In this document: positions 62,866 to 64,000 of the stretch, one piece after another
Layout of the letters: each line of letters starts with the position of its first letter
Position numbering within the stretch: position 1 is the first letter of the stretch
NCBI RefSeq assembly: GCF_022045235.1
Contig: NW_027266267.1
Coordinates: 14,632,001-14,696,000 of the forward strand
Length of the DNA stretch: 64,000 bases
Source: Haliotis cracherodii
Taxonomy: Eukaryota
Reading direction: 5' to 3'
The notes under the pieces: model-generated
What the model was told of the DNA's origin: nothing
Database searches by the model: none
The model's input: only the letters and a program-made list of their open reading frames with translations
Made by a program: the position numbers and the translations under genes

Positions 62866-64000
62866 CTGTATTTAAACACACAGTATATGTCAGTACACAA
62901 TGTATAACACAGCCTTCACAGGCACCTGTCATGTCCATGTTGCGGCAGTCTTAAAGGGGGACACTAGTGTCAAAGTAGGCAGCATGCCTGTAACAACGGC
63001 CTTATCACAACAGGTATTTATCAAGACAATTTCAATCTGGAAGTTGTCCCCCTTTAATGTTAGTCTATATCTACAGCCACATGGTCCAAATATCAAGCAG
63101 TTTCATTGACTAAAATGCCCTATACTAACTGAAACAATCAACCAGTCAATCCTAACCAACAGATTGCAAACGGCTGAAAGGGATATTTTTTGTTCAACTG
63201 AGTTGCGTTCAAGATGACGTCGTGCTGTTGTGAACAGAAATGCCTGAAATATTGTAAAATGCCAACTAATGAAAAAGCCATTTTGACATTTTTTTTCTTG
63301 GATTCATCCTGATGGAGGACTTTCGCATGTAGTATCCAAAAAACAGATTTTCCTGTACTAGATTGTTTTGACACAGAAACAACAAACGTGATTATTTTCC
63401 AAATTATTACCACTGTATGTTTTCATTCGATCAATTTGTCAAAAGCCAAAAAAGATATTAGTTTACTTCCTTGATGTATACAGAACATACCAACATAAAT
63501 ATCACATTGTTACTTCGTCCTTGGCAACCACCACATTCTGACCAAGCAGAATTAATATGGAATCAAAGTATTTGGCATGCACGTTTGGTCCTCCAACCTT
63601 GCAGTTGTCGTCATGAACACTCCCCAAGATGAGCTAAGCATGTCAGTGACACATGCAGGTCATATTGTTAATAGGACCATTGCTGATCAACAGCAACAAA
63701 CATGGCAGTTCAACAAGTCACATGTTAAGGATTTCAAACTCGCACGTCCTCAATCTGTTGATTGAAATTGAAACATGAACAGTTTTACATGACATGGAAC
63801 GTAATGACATTTGTTTTAAGGGAAGGACACAATTTGGAACCTACGTTACCGTGGTTACAGTTATGGGTTCTTAAACTGGTTAAGTCCATGACTGAAGCAT
63901 GGATACAAGATGCAGCTTATCCTGGCCCTTTCTGTGAGGGAGCTGTCTGCAAGGCCAACTTTCTACTTTTGTAATTAACACGACACAGACTTTAATATTA

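Noticed and set aside
62911-62985. Candidate extra minus-strand exon upstream of 62865
   Set aside because: All three frames between the apparent AG and GT contain stop codons.

Overview
Eukaryotic, repeat-rich genomic DNA. The SINE families and (GAGT)n/(AACC)n tails suggest a mollusc, probably a gastropod such as abalone (inference). Manual splicing reveals a local cluster of ARHGEF11/12 (LARG/PDZ-RhoGEF/RhoGEF2)-like paralogs: the 3' end of copy 1 (+, 1418-5884), a DH-PH-containing copy 2 (+, about 14733-25012), the 3' end of copy 3 (-, 60680-62865), and an orphan duplicate of copy 1's last exon (about 45098-45412). Between them lie a 3-exon gene for a secreted PAN/apple + beta-propeller protein (26817-35575) and an intronless atypical Ras-family GTPase (45568-46194). 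The rest is three SINE families, Tc1/mariner, Harbinger-like, L1/Tx1, L2/Crack-like and Penelope-like remnants, a 5-kb nested TIR element, and several minisatellites. The most striking pattern is that minisatellites in the RhoGEF paralogs are built from splice sites. A 60-bp in-frame array of 19 exon-end/donor units repeats the DH motif KYPLL in copy 2, and a 34-bp array of acceptor units abuts an exon of copy 1. All gene models were built by hand from splice signals, phase and recalled family motifs; no database search was run.
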